Positions 30,629 to 40,124 of a stretch of DNA of 64,000 nt are shown in pieces. Each line of letters starts with the position of its first letter. The stretch's first letter is position 1. Under the pieces are notes generated by a model, which was not told the origin of the DNA, did no database searches, and saw only the letters and a list, made by a program, of their open reading frames with translations. The translations under genes were made by a program, and so were the position numbers. This DNA is from an uncultured Devosia sp. Lineage in GTDB: Bacteria; Pseudomonadota; Alphaproteobacteria; Rhizobiales; Devosiaceae. The DNA lies in the NCBI GenBank assembly GCA_963517015.1, contig CAUQDV010000003.1:133522-197521 (forward strand), written 5' to 3'.

Positions 30629-32796
30629 AAAAGCTTCTGCCGCACGAACCGCGCGCCTCGGCAGCGCAACTGACGCAGACCACGACCAGCGCACACCAGA
30701 ACACCCATATCTTGCCAACTTCTGGGGAGCGTGTTCAGCCTCAAGCTGCGGAAAACAATGATGATTTTTTGTGCCGGAACACAGGAACACCTGGAACACC
30801 CAATTTTATTATCTCGTGTGAGGATGCGGCCAACGACATTGTTGGCCTCGATGCGAATGAGCCATTGTCCGATGTCGGTGTGTTAGGTGTTCCGCGTGTG
30901 CCGGACGATAAAAAAGAGAGTTCAAACAAAGCCGTAGCTTCGGAACACCTGCCTGATCTGCTGCCTTTGGCTGGTGTGCCCGGTGTTCCAAGCAGTTTCG
31001 TCTCGTTCGGTCCTTACCATTCATCCGCACGAGGCCTTTTCTACCTTGCGGACGAGGAAGACGACGCCATGTTCCTGTCCAGCCCGATCGCCATCATCGC
31101 GCTGACGCGCAATGACTCCAACCGTGGTTGGGGCCGTCTCGTGGAAATCGAGGACCGGGATGGCCACATCCACCAGATAGTGATCTCCAGCGAAATGCTG
31201 GCGAAGTCGAGCGGAGAAGCCGTTCGTGTTCTGCTGATGGATGCGGGTGCCACGTTGGCGACAAGGCGCACTCCTGCGGCTCACCTGAACGAATATTTTG
31301 CCACCGTTCAGGTCCCGGCTCGCCGCCGCATTGTCCAGACCACGGGATGGCATGACAACGACTATGTTCTGCCCGGCAAGGTCTATTCTTTGGACGGGAC
31401 CAGTGACCGTGTGTTTTTCAACGCCAACGTTGATACCGCAGCGCAGTCGAGATCCGCCTATGCACAGGCGGGAGACCTCGAAACCTGGAAGAAGGAAATT
31501 GGACGCCTGGCCTGCGGCAACAGCAGGCTGTTGCTCGCACTGGCAATTGCATTTGCCGCGCCGCTGATCGGAAGGCTGGATATATCCGGTGGTGGCGTCC
31601 ACTTCCGCGGCGCCTCTTCGATTGGCAAAACGTCCCTTATCCGGGCCGCCTCCAGCATTTTCTCAGATCAGCGCTTCATGCAGACATGGCGAGCGACTAG
31701 CGCGGGCTTGGAGGGAATTGCCGCTCTTCACAATGACGCCTTGCTGGCGCTCGATGAGATCGGACAGGTTGCTCCCGACGCCGCCTCGGAGGCTGCCTAC
31801 ATGCTCGCCAACGGCCTCGGGCGGACTCGTGCGACCAAGGATGGCTTAGCGAAAGAGACGGCGCGGTTTCGTCTGCTGTTCATCAGCACGGGCGAAGAAT
31901 CTCTTGCCGACCGGGTACAGGATGATCGCATGGGGCGGCGCCGCGCGATGGCCGGTCAGGAAATTCGGATGCTGGATATTCCGAGCGAGGTGGGCAAACA
32001 CGGTGTGTTTGAGAACCTTCATGGTTTCCCCAGCGGCGCCGCGCTGGCCGATCACCTACGCGAGGCTAGCCAGAATCAACATGGGACGCCCTTTGAGGCG
32101 ATGGTGAAAGCCATCATCGCCACCCGTCCAGATGGTATCGAAAGTTTGAAGGCCCGCGTCCGGAGCGTCGCCGGTGAACTGTCGAGGGGCCTTGAAGGAG
32201 GCCAGGTCCTGCGAGCGGCCGAAAGGTTTGCGACGGCTTGTGTCGCGGCACAGTTCGCAAGCGAACACCGCATTGCGCCTTGGTCGTCCAGTGAAGCGAT
32301 GGATGCCATTCGCACCTGCTTCGATGCCTGGCTTCTCGAGCGTGGTGGGGATGGCGCCCTGGAGCGCACAAAAGCCATCCAAGCCGTTCAGCGCTTTATT
32401 CAGGCCCACCAGACCTCGCGGTTTGAATGGATTGGTTCGCCGAAGGCGGAAGACTTTGATCCTGATGACATGCCGCGCACCAACAATCTGGTCGGGTATT
32501 ATTTCCGGGATCGCGATGACGTCCGCTACGGCTTCACCAAAGGCGGACTTGACGAGGCACTCGGGGGCCTCAACTTCAAGACGGCCGTCGCTGATCTGGC
32601 AAATGCCAAATTTCTCGAGAAGGACGGTGCCGGAAAGACCAGTGTCTCAAAGAGTGTGCGTGGCTCCAAAATGCGGCTCTATATGATCAACGCCAGCATT
32701 CTGGAGTTTGAACAGAGCGGACGTGAGCTGCCTGCTGCGGACAATCATGGCGAGACGACAGGTGGTGCGGAGAAATCTGTTCCTTCCAGCATCTGA
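30625..32796 (+). CDS. DUF927-domain replicative helicase (Cch-like); true start may be further downstream
   Basis: WGRLVE..D.DG..H, TGWH, Walker A GASSIGKT, WRAT..GLE, LALDE, YMLANG.GR.R, STGE. Confidence 0.88.
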   Translation: MKKLLPHEPRASAAQLTQTTTSAHQNTHILPTSGERVQPQAAENNDDFLCRNTGTPGTPNFIISCEDAANDIVGLDANEPLSDVGVLGVPRVPDDKKESSNKAVASEHLPDLLPLAGVPGVPSSFVSFGPYHSSARGLFYLADEEDDAMFLSSPIAIIALTRNDSNRGWGRLVEIEDRDGHIHQIVISSEMLAKSSGEAVRVLLMDAGATLATRRTPAAHLNEYFATVQVPARRRIVQTTGWHDNDYVLPGKVYSLDGTSDRVFFNANVDTAAQSRSAYAQAGDLETWKKEIGRLACGNSRLLLALAIAFAAPLIGRLDISGGGVHFRGASSIGKTSLIRAASSIFSDQRFMQTWRATSAGLEGIAALHNDALLALDEIGQVAPDAASEAAYMLANGLGRTRATKDGLAKETARFRLLFISTGEESLADRVQDDRMGRRRAMAGQEIRMLDIPSEVGKHGVFENLHGFPSGAALADHLREASQNQHGTPFEAMVKAIIATRPDGIESLKARVRSVAGELSRGLEGGQVLRAAERFATACVAAQFASEHRIAPWSSSEAMDAIRTCFDAWLLERGGDGALERTKAIQAVQRFIQAHQTSRFEWIGSPKAEDFDPDDMPRTNNLVGYYFRDRDDVRYGFTKGGLDEALGGLNFKTAVADLANAKFLEKDGAGKTSVSKSVRGSKMRLYMINASILEFEQSGRELPAADNHGETTGGAEKSVPSSI
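30776..30989. repeat. GGAACAC / GTGT(T/G)CC iteron-like repeat cluster
   Basis: Forward copies at 30776, 30784, 30793 and 30942; reverse copies at 30887, 30896, 30974 and 30983. Confidence 0.7.
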
Positions 32797-34025
32797 CGAT
32801 ACACCTCGTTCGCGATAATGTTGGCCGCCGCCAAGAGGACGGGGTCCAGATGATGGATGTAGTCGGCGGTGATGGAATGCGTCTCGTGGCCGATGATGGC
32901 GCCGATCGTGCTATCGGTAAACCGCAGGTCATTGCCAATGCTGGCAAATGAATGGCGAAGCGTATGGGCGGTAATGCCCTGTAGGCCGGCCCTTGCGGTA
33001 ATTCGGTCTATTGCGCCGTCCAGCCCTCCGTAGTGGCTGGCGAGGTTCCGAACCCCACTCAAGGCATATGTGCTGGCGTCTTTGCGCGGTAGCTTCTGCA
33101 AGATATCGCGCATGACACCTGTCACCGGCCTCAGCGACCTGCCGGTCTTGGTGTCTTCCAGAATAGCAGTGTCCCTCGAAACGGAAATCCACTTAAGCCG
33201 CGCGATTTCGCTGATGCGAGCCCCGGTTAACGCCAGCAGCCAGACACCATCGCGTGCCTGATAGATCTGATCGTCAGCGTCCCGAAGAGCATCGCCCAGT
33301 TTTTTGTATTCGGCTGGCGTCAGGCGGCGATCCCGCTTGCTATAGGCAGGGCGGGGAACGCCAAACGCTGGGTTGGTCGTGATAATCCCCTTGTGTTTTG
33401 CATACGTCAGTATGCCGCTGAGCAGGCCAGTTGTGCGCGTGGCGGTGCCCGCGCCACCAGTAACGACCACCTTTCCGCGCTTATTAGGGGATGGTTGAGT
33501 GGTAGCGGTCTTGCCGAGTGTTACGTCTGCAATGAATTTGTGGATGTCCGACGGTTTAAGATCAATCACCAGGCGCCGCCCAAGCAGGGGCTTTATGTGG
33601 CGAATGATGCGGCCCTCGTCGGTATCGAGAGTTGACGCCTTCTTGGGCTTCTTCTTGCGACCGAGCACCAGCCCCTTGCGCGCATCGACAAGGTAGTCGT
33701 CGCACAGCTCGCTCACGGTAAGAGATTTGCGACGCGTGCGTCGCTCCAGCGCGGCGTCGCCACCGCGCAGCACATCAGCCAGAATAATGCGCGCCTCCTT
33801 GCGTGCTTCTTCGGTCGTCAGCTTGCCGTGGCTGCCCAGCGCCATGCGGCTGCGCTCACCGCTCCTGTTATAATAGTCGGCATAGTAGGATTTTGCGCCG
33901 CTGGGGAACACGCGGACACCGAAGCCTGCCAGTTCCGAGCACCAGATGAAAAAGGGCTTATCTAGCGCTGCCGCACGATCGACAACGGTCTTGGTCAACT
34001 TCTGTGTTTTTGCGCGCTTGGCCAT
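32745..34025 (-). CDS. Tyrosine integrase with N-terminal arm-binding domain (DUF4102-like)
   Basis: LTKTVVD...W..EL.GFGVRV.PSG.KS; catalytic R (TGARISE), K (DTKTG), HTLRH, IGH, Y (DYIH). Confidence 0.93.
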   Translation of the reverse strand: MAKRAKTQKLTKTVVDRAAALDKPFFIWCSELAGFGVRVFPSGAKSYYADYYNRSGERSRMALGSHGKLTTEEARKEARIILADVLRGGDAALERRTRRKSLTVSELCDDYLVDARKGLVLGRKKKPKKASTLDTDEGRIIRHIKPLLGRRLVIDLKPSDIHKFIADVTLGKTATTQPSPNKRGKVVVTGGAGTATRTTGLLSGILTYAKHKGIITTNPAFGVPRPAYSKRDRRLTPAEYKKLGDALRDADDQIYQARDGVWLLALTGARISEIARLKWISVSRDTAILEDTKTGRSLRPVTGVMRDILQKLPRKDASTYALSGVRNLASHYGGLDGAIDRITARAGLQGITAHTLRHSFASIGNDLRFTDSTIGAIIGHETHSITADYIHHLDPVLLAAANIIANEVYRQMLEGTDFSAPPVVSP

Positions 34026-34041
34026 GTGACACCTCCGACTA

Positions 34042-34061
34042 GAGTCACCATAGAGTCACCA
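34042..34061 (+). repeat. Putative integrase arm-type sites (integrase-proximal end)
   Basis: GAGTCACCA-TA-GAGTCACCA, same motif and 11-bp period as 14950-14969. Confidence 0.75.
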
Positions 34062-34188
34062 CGACATCGGAAGCGCTTGCATTGGCGAGTTTACACAGGA
34101 AAATCCGGAAATGGTTTAAGACGCTGAAATCATGACAGAAAAACCGAGCTCTCTGATCGTGGTCAAACCCAGAAAATGCTCAACGTCA

Positions 34189-34236
34189 GCCCTCCGAAGG
34201 TAGAGGTCGTGAGTTCGAATCTCGCCGGGTGCGCCA
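34189..34236 (+). repeat. att site: displaced 3' half of tRNA-Arg(CCG), copy 1
   Basis: GCCCTCCGAAGGTAGAGGTCGTGAGTTCGAATCTCGCCGGGTGCGCCA; no 5' half upstream. Confidence 0.9.
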
Positions 34237-34292
34237 CTCCTTCCCCCAGTGTTTCCAGTGCTTTTGCACCACCTCCGCCACCCAATGAGGCG

Positions 34293-34812
34293 ATGTCTTC
34301 GGCCGCTTCGGCCACAGATTGGCAACAGAATGCGCCCGTTGGGCCGGCGGAGGCTGGCCATGCGTCCCGCGAGCAAACACGACACGGCCGTCGCCAGCTC
34401 ACCTCAGATGACCTGGTCCGAGAGGCTACCGGCCGCCGGATGGAGCCGATCGCATTCCTGGAAAAGCTGGTGGCAGACAGAAAGCTCGCACACCAGACCC
34501 AGGTCATCGTCGAGAAGATGGCAGCTGCGGGCGCGGACCTGCGCCTCTCGAACACCAATAGCCGAGTTGATCTTCTGACGTTGGAGGTCGATCAACCTGC
34601 TGGTTTTCGGGCATGCCGCTTTCTACCGTTAGTGGCTCGCCGGGAGCGCTCCGCCTACCTCACGTCGTTGGAGGCCTTTTTGGCAGACTCCGCAGCACGG
34701 CATGCTCGGTACGGCGTGGTCACCATGGGGCTACCGGTTTGGTCGCGCAACGTGCGATTGCGATCCTTGCTAAAGCGATTTCATCGCAAGATCAGCAAGT
34801 GGGCGGCAAACG
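34293..34812 (+). pseudogene. Truncated possible replication-initiator (rolling-circle Rep-like) N-terminus
   Basis: FRACRFLP...R...RYGVVT.G...LKRFHRKISKW, then the frame runs into antisense umuD sequence; family call tentative. Confidence 0.35.
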
Positions 34813-35191
34813 GCGGCAATCTGGCATTCTCGTTATGCAGTATCATGACCCCGCCGCGACGATTGAGCCGCTTGAGCGTGGGTTCGCCATCAATGATTAC
34901 GAGAACGACATCACGATCTTTGGGTGCCAAGGAGCGGTCGACAACGACAACGTCGCCCGGGAAAATCTTCACGTCGATCATACAGTCGCCCACGACCCGC
35001 CAGAGATAAGACGAAATGGGATTGGGGACGAGAACCTGGTTGAGGTCGATCATCTCCTCGATGAAATCGTCTGCCGGGGATGGGAAACCGGCGTGGACTG
35101 CTTGGCCGACGAGTGGGATGAGTATCTCTATCAGCGTCGAGAGAGGAACCGGCATGCCGCCAGGTGCCATAACAATTCTCGAGATACGCAT
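34781..35191 (-). pseudogene. umuD: UmuD-like S24 peptidase, C-terminally truncated
   Basis: AGFPSPADD, IDLN..L, RVVGDCM, GD..VVDRS, TLKRL; the usual terminal (I/W)GVV strand is missing; no umuC follows. Confidence 0.75.
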
Positions 35192-35234
35192 GCGTCGACT
35201 CCTCGGCGATGTGCCAAGGCTCGGTTATATGCAC

Positions 35235-35249
35235 GAACAAACACAGAAC
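35235..35249 (-). promoter_or_regulatory. Alphaproteobacterial LexA box
   Basis: GAAC-AAACACA-GAAC (GTTC-N7-GTTC on the minus strand) ~45 bp upstream of umuD. Confidence 0.85.
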
Positions 35250-35944
35250 AAAAGTCCGACTTAGATCACAACTGACGGTTCGATTTGCCCGGGTGTGATT
35301 GGAAACTGGCCGACACATCAAGGCAATCAGTTTGCCGATCGATGCTCCAGCTCATTGACGGGCCTTATTGTTCAGAGCAGGCAAACGTGAGGAATTGTGC
35401 GAATCCTGTCGAGAACGGATCTACGATCAACTGGATCGAAGAACGAGAGAGCAATTTGGAGAATCGTGCGGTAGCTGCAACCCGTCAAAGTCGCGGGTTG
35501 ACGCGATCCAAACGGCCAGACACTCACCCCAACCGACCGCCATCGGCGGCGGGGTGAGGCCGCAGGCCCGGCCGTTTGGGTCGAGTCAAGCTGAGCCAAG
35601 GTTCCAGGGAATTGCGGAGCGATTTTCTGGAAAGCTCAGCGACCCCAACTTTGTCGTCCCCGTCTAATCATCGAGCCCAACCAACAGATTGGTAGTCGTC
35701 ATGAGCCGGGCCGTAGGCCTCGTCCCCCCTGGCGCAGAGCGACGAAGGGGGGCGGCTCATTCCAATACCGCGTCAATAAAAGCGGCAAAGTCCCGCAGGG
35801 CCCTCGGAGAGCTCACGAACTTTTGGGGTGGCGAAGCCGGGGCCCAAAAAGTGCAAAGTGAGTTCCCGCTTTTCTACCGAAGCGGGAATCTGGTTTTTTG
35901 TCTTTTGGATTTTCATCCGCTTGCCGGACGTTCGGCTAGGCCGT

Positions 35945-36149
35945 AGTCGGATGCTGCCATCTGTCCGGCCTCTGATGCAGCACCAGAGGCTGCGGGCCCG
36001 TATGGGAGTTCGCGGACCGGATCCATATCACCCACGGCGTGCTCAAGGCACAGTGGATTGCGCTGGTTTTCCGATCCCGTCTCACCGACTGTTGCGCCAT
36101 ACCTTCCTTCGACCGACTCCGTCTTCGACGACCTCTGGTCCGCCTTGGC
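35945..36149 (-). ncRNA. Putative bridge/seek RNA region of the IS1111-type element
   Basis: Non-coding region downstream of the transposase with two stem-internal-loop units carrying guide-like segments; exact ends unknown. Confidence 0.6.
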
Positions 36150-37181
36150 TTATGCCGCAGCCGCGACCGGAGCTTTGTATTCCTCTTGTTTGATGAGCAG
36201 CGCCCAGATGATACGCGCGGTCTTGTTGGCCAGTGCTACGGTGACCAGCATGCGCGGCTTGCGGGCCATCATCTGCTCCAACCACGATCCTGCCGGTGCA
36301 CCTCGTCGACTGGCCTGCAGGACGACTGCACTGCATCCGATGATGAGCAGGCGCCTCAGCGTTCGTTCGCCCATCTTCGTGATCGATCCGAGTTTCTGCT
36401 TGCCTCCGCTCGAGAGCTGACGCGGCGCCAGACCCAACCAGGCCGCGAAGTCCCGGCCTTTGGTAAACGTCTCGGCTGGTGGCGCGAGGGCGGCAATCGC
36501 TGTCGCGGTGATCGGGCCCACGCCTGGTATTGTCATCAGTCTCCTGGCGATCAGATCCTCACGGGCGAGTCGGGCGATCTCCTTGTCCAGTTTGGCGATC
36601 TTGACGTTCAGCACCTCAAGCAGATCGAGCATCATGCGGAACATGGGCTTGGCCGCATCCGGAAGCGACGCGCCTATCTCGCCATCAAGCAGGTCACCGA
36701 GCACAGCTATGTGCGACGGTCCCTTTGGCGCCACCCAGCCATACTCGGTCAGGTGACCGCGGATCGCATTGATCAACTGGGTCCGCTGCCGCACCAGCAG
36801 GTCGCGGGTTCTAAACACCAGCGCCGATGCCTGTTGCTCCTCGTTCTTGATGGCCACAAACCGCATGTTGGGTCGCTGCGCGGCTTCGCAGATGGCTTCT
36901 GCATCGACGGCATCGTTCTTGTTCCGCTTCACGAAGGGCTTCACATAGGCCGGCGGGATCAGCTTGACCCTATGACCCAGCAGCGTCATTTCCCTGGCCC
37001 AGTGATGCGCACCGCCGCAGGCCTCCAACGCCACCAGGCAACGGGGCTGTTTGGCGAAGAACTCCAGCAACTTGGTCCGGCTGATCTTGCGACTGAACAG
37101 CGGCCTGCCGCTGGCATCTGCGCCATGCGCATGAAAAACGTTCTTCGCGATATCCAGACCGATTGTGGTAACTTCCGACAT
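36150..37181 (-). CDS. IS110-family recombinase/transposase
   Basis: IGLDIAK, LEAC, KNDAVDAEA (DEDD), IPGVGPITA, SSGGK (catalytic Ser); GAGGAGG RBS. Confidence 0.95.
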   Translation of the reverse strand: MSEVTTIGLDIAKNVFHAHGADASGRPLFSRKISRTKLLEFFAKQPRCLVALEACGGAHHWAREMTLLGHRVKLIPPAYVKPFVKRNKNDAVDAEAICEAAQRPNMRFVAIKNEEQQASALVFRTRDLLVRQRTQLINAIRGHLTEYGWVAPKGPSHIAVLGDLLDGEIGASLPDAAKPMFRMMLDLLEVLNVKIAKLDKEIARLAREDLIARRLMTIPGVGPITATAIAALAPPAETFTKGRDFAAWLGLAPRQLSSGGKQKLGSITKMGERTLRRLLIIGCSAVVLQASRRGAPAGSWLEQMMARKPRMLVTVALANKTARIIWALLIKQEEYKAPVAAAA

Positions 37182-37255
37182 GGGCGCCTCCTCAAGTGGT
37201 GTGTTCAACACCTCCACTTTGGCACATCGATGCCGCCGGGGGGCGTCCACCCCAT

Positions 37256-37299
37256 CACCCCCGAGGCGACGGTCGGCCGTCGACCCCATTTCAGTCATT
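37256..37299 (+). repeat. Degenerate tandem ACCCC-core repeat, copy split by the IS
   Basis: CACCCCCGAGGCGACGGTCGGCCGTCGACCCCATTTCAGTCATT aligns with 37620-37662. Confidence 0.7.
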
Positions 37300-37619
37300 C
37301 AACATGACGCCGTCGCTTTATGTAAGCTGCTATAGCCAGTCATGATCCGACTGCTTAGTCGGATCAAGGTCCGCGCCAAGGGGCTCTAACAGAATGTCGA
37401 GTCTCCGGTAGTACTCGTCGGTTTTCGGTAAGCCGAAGTTGTCCCGAACATGGCGGCGTACGGATCCGATGATGGTATCCATCTCGTGCCTGAAATGTGG
37501 CGGATAATCAGCGAGGTCCATGCCCGGTCTCTAAGACTAAGTCCCAACGAACATATCACCGGAGTCAGGGCATGTCCCTTTCCAGGAGGCGGTATCTTAT
37601 TAGCAGTCCGTCTTCTACC

Positions 37620-37662
37620 CACCCCGGAAGAGCCGGTCTCACACCGACCCGTTTCAGTCAAT
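37620..37662 (+). repeat. Degenerate tandem ACCCC-core repeat
   Basis: CACCCCGGAAGAGCCGGTCTCACACCGACCCGTTTCAGTCAAT. Confidence 0.7.
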
Positions 37663-37724
37663 AGCTCCATGTTTGCGTTCATGAAATCGGCCAGTAAGAT
37701 TACTCCTTTGGGAGGAAATAGCGA

Positions 37725-38336
37725 TCAAGCGTCGTCGCTGATGACAATCTGGCAGTCTCGCTCGTGGCCCGCTGCGATATTGGCCTCGTTACAGGCATCC
37801 AAAGCGCCGGCTGCATTCTCACCCGCCCAGATCTCGAAAATGGTGCTGCTGGAGGAGCGTGCCACGACGGCGCCTTCCGGCAACTGATTGGCGGTTTCGG
37901 CCAGCGCCCTGATTGCCTCGTGATGCAGTTGCGGCATGGCCTCTGTCCAGCCTTCGGGCAGGATCTCGCCGAACAGGCTGCATTCGCCATCGCCCGCTTC
38001 CCTGGCTTCTTCGCAATCGGCAAGCGCGCCCGCCTTTGCCGCGTCGCGAGAGTGCAGGCCGCTACGGAGCTTGATTTCCATAATGCCGCCGTCCGCCGGA
38101 ATATATGCGTAGATGGCACCATAGAAATGGTTGTTCATGACATCCATGCCGATCTGGCCTGCAAGCTCCTGCAACTGTTCCTGTGGTAACAGGTCGGAGG
38201 AAACGTCTATGGTAAAGCTCACATGGTCGGGCAGGTTTTCCAGGGCCGCAGCTAACGTCATGGGTGCAGGGCCTTCCTGGGCCGTTGCCGCGCCGGTCAA
38301 TGCCATCGCCATTCCCAGAGCCAAAAGCGTCTTCAT
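37725..38336 (-). CDS. Secreted protein with two DUF4189-like repeats
   Basis: Signal peptide (ATA-Q); YGAI...A...ALADC...EC and A..AL.ACN...DC repeats. Confidence 0.6.
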   Translation of the reverse strand: MKTLLALGMAMALTGAATAQEGPAPMTLAAALENLPDHVSFTIDVSSDLLPQEQLQELAGQIGMDVMNNHFYGAIYAYIPADGGIMEIKLRSGLHSRDAAKAGALADCEEAREAGDGECSLFGEILPEGWTEAMPQLHHEAIRALAETANQLPEGAVVARSSSSTIFEIWAGENAAGALDACNEANIAAGHERDCQIVISDDA

Positions 38337-39017
38337 CGTGTCTCTCCGTGGATTCATATCAATGTGACGATGGCATTAGGTCGGACCTTGGTCGAAGGAT
38401 AAACATCGTGCTCGCCATGACCACAATCATGGCAATCCTTCTCATAGTCCGCACAGCGCCGAGGTCGTTGTTGTCCCTCATCGCAAGCCACCTGCCAAGG
38501 TTTCCTGGTCTGCGAGCGTCCTACTGTCAAATCCAAGAAGGGACACCATCATGCCTGTGAGGTTGACCAATGCATTTGACCCGTCGACGGAACGCCTGAT
38601 CCAGATATCGATGGCAGTGGGCATCGCTGGACTTTCCTGTTTTCCATCCCTCGCGAGTGAAAGCACCGTGCGAGAATTGGACGCCTACTGCATCACGGCC
38701 GAAGGCACGCGCATGGGCGTAGCGGCCAGCCAGGATGGTGCGACAAACACCTATGTCTGGCCGCATGGCGCGGACATGGAGATTACCCGAAGTGCGCACA
38801 ACCGCATGATCGTTTCCCTTTGGCACAGGGAACTGGATTTGATTGGCTTCGACAGCCTGACAAGTCACGCAATCCCGCCACCCCATTGTGCGATCGCGCG
38901 AGAAGAGCAGGGGCAGTACCACGTCGTTCGCTGGCCTGAGGGTCAGACGCCGCCGTCGCTTGCGGCAGTGTTCGCTGCCATGCTGGTTGGTAGCTCGACG
39001 CAAGGAAGGCCAGTCCG

Positions 39018-39362
39018 ATGATGCGTGCTTCGGTCTTCATGGGCGCGTGGAATTTCAGCCTTGGCTTTGGCCTTGTCCTGTCGGCCATGGCCACTCCGGC
39101 CGTGCAGGCAGCTTTGCCGCCCGAGAGCCGGCGCGTATCCGAAGTCCACGCCGTGCTCGATGCAACAGCCAGGGCCCTCGCCGGTCGCGGCGAGATCATC
39201 GTCTCGATCGAATTTGCGGATCCGGACTATGTGGTCCGGTCGCGAAACTGCACCGTGACTGCTCGACTGGTTGCACCAGAGTCTGCGGCCGGTCCGGAGG
39301 CGGTGCCAGTTCCCGGACCGCGGCAATTCTCAGTCACGATAGAGCCGCCCATTTGCGACTGA
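39018..39362 (+). CDS. Small secreted hypothetical protein
   Basis: Signal-like N-terminus (VQA-ALPP), two Cys, ends C-D-stop. Confidence 0.55.
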   Translation: MMRASVFMGAWNFSLGFGLVLSAMATPAVQAALPPESRRVSEVHAVLDATARALAGRGEIIVSIEFADPDYVVRSRNCTVTARLVAPESAAGPEAVPVPGPRQFSVTIEPPICD

Positions 39363-39421
39363 ATTTGTGGATTTTGACTGCGTTTTCGCGGCTGTCGATC
39401 GCGAATCCGCGGTGAGATTTC

Positions 39422-40072
39422 ATGCTTTTGCTCGGTAATCCCTGGATCGGCGCCATAGGGAAGTCGTCTTTCGCGCTGGCGCTCGATGACGTGGTGATCC
39501 AGGCGCCAGCACCCGAAGCCATGGCTGCCTTGACCAAAACCGATCCGTCCGTTGCCGACAATACCATCCTGGCGGCCGCGCTTGACGGACTGAGTGGGAG
39601 TGTCAAGAGCGACGGGCATCAGATCGTACAGGCCGTGGTCATTTCACCTGCATTCGGCCTTGCCGACATCGACCCTGCCGCCGTGATTGGGGCGACCAGT
39701 ATCGATGAGGCCAAAACCGTGCTGGAGGCAGCGATGTTCGAAGGGACGCAGGGCATCCCACCTTATCTCGGCGGCATTGTTGCCGATGTGCAGCATGAAC
39801 TCGGCCCAACCGTCACGATCGCACTGACCTATCCCGACTGTGAAACCGCCGACAAAAGCGTTGCTGCGCTTGAGGAGCGCTGGGCTGCCAACATGGCCAC
39901 GGTGGCTCAGGCAAATGGGCTGTCCATTGCCGCAGAAGGGGCGCTTTGTGCCGCAGTGGTGAGCTTTATCGGAGAAGATGCGGGCGACGCCGGCAATCCT
40001 TTATTCGTCGAAACCCTCAGCCGCCATACCAGGCGTGAATTCAACCTGCTTCAGATCGGAGCCGCATCCTAG
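39422..40072 (+). pseudogene. Probable C-terminal fragment of a larger periplasmic protein
   Basis: Coding-like composition with no RBS or signal peptide; begins abruptly. Confidence 0.4.
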
Positions 40073-40124
40073 GCAATCGATCAAAATTGATAGATCAGGC
40101 CGGATGGCAACATGAGAGGCGCGC

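Larger units (their letters stand above)
14903..34236. mobile_element. Integrated element 1 (satellite/PICI-like genomic island) at tRNA-Arg(CCG)
   Basis: Bounded by the tRNA and a displaced tRNA 3' half at 34189-34236; integrase next to the right end; GAGTCACYA pairs at both ends; alpA-primase-DUF927 module. Confidence 0.88.
35941..37257 (-). mobile_element. IS110-family element, IS1111 type (downstream end apparently incomplete)
   Basis: Short upstream end with sub-terminal GTGGACGCCCC (plus 37240-37250), transposase, then ~200-bp structured non-coding region; partner inverted repeat not found. Confidence 0.8.

Noticed and set aside
34189..34236. Possible second and third tRNA genes (also 44721-44765)
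   Set aside because: Only 3' halves are present, with no D-arm or 5' acceptor strand; treated as att sites.
14903..34236. Complete prophage or ICE
   Set aside because: No structural, terminase, lysis, relaxase or T4SS genes recognisable.
34176..35009. 277-aa ORF as one intact gene
   Set aside because: Starts across the att site and ends in antisense umuD sequence; chimeric.
36039..37307. 422-aa plus-strand ORF
   Set aside because: Antisense shadow of the IS110 transposase.
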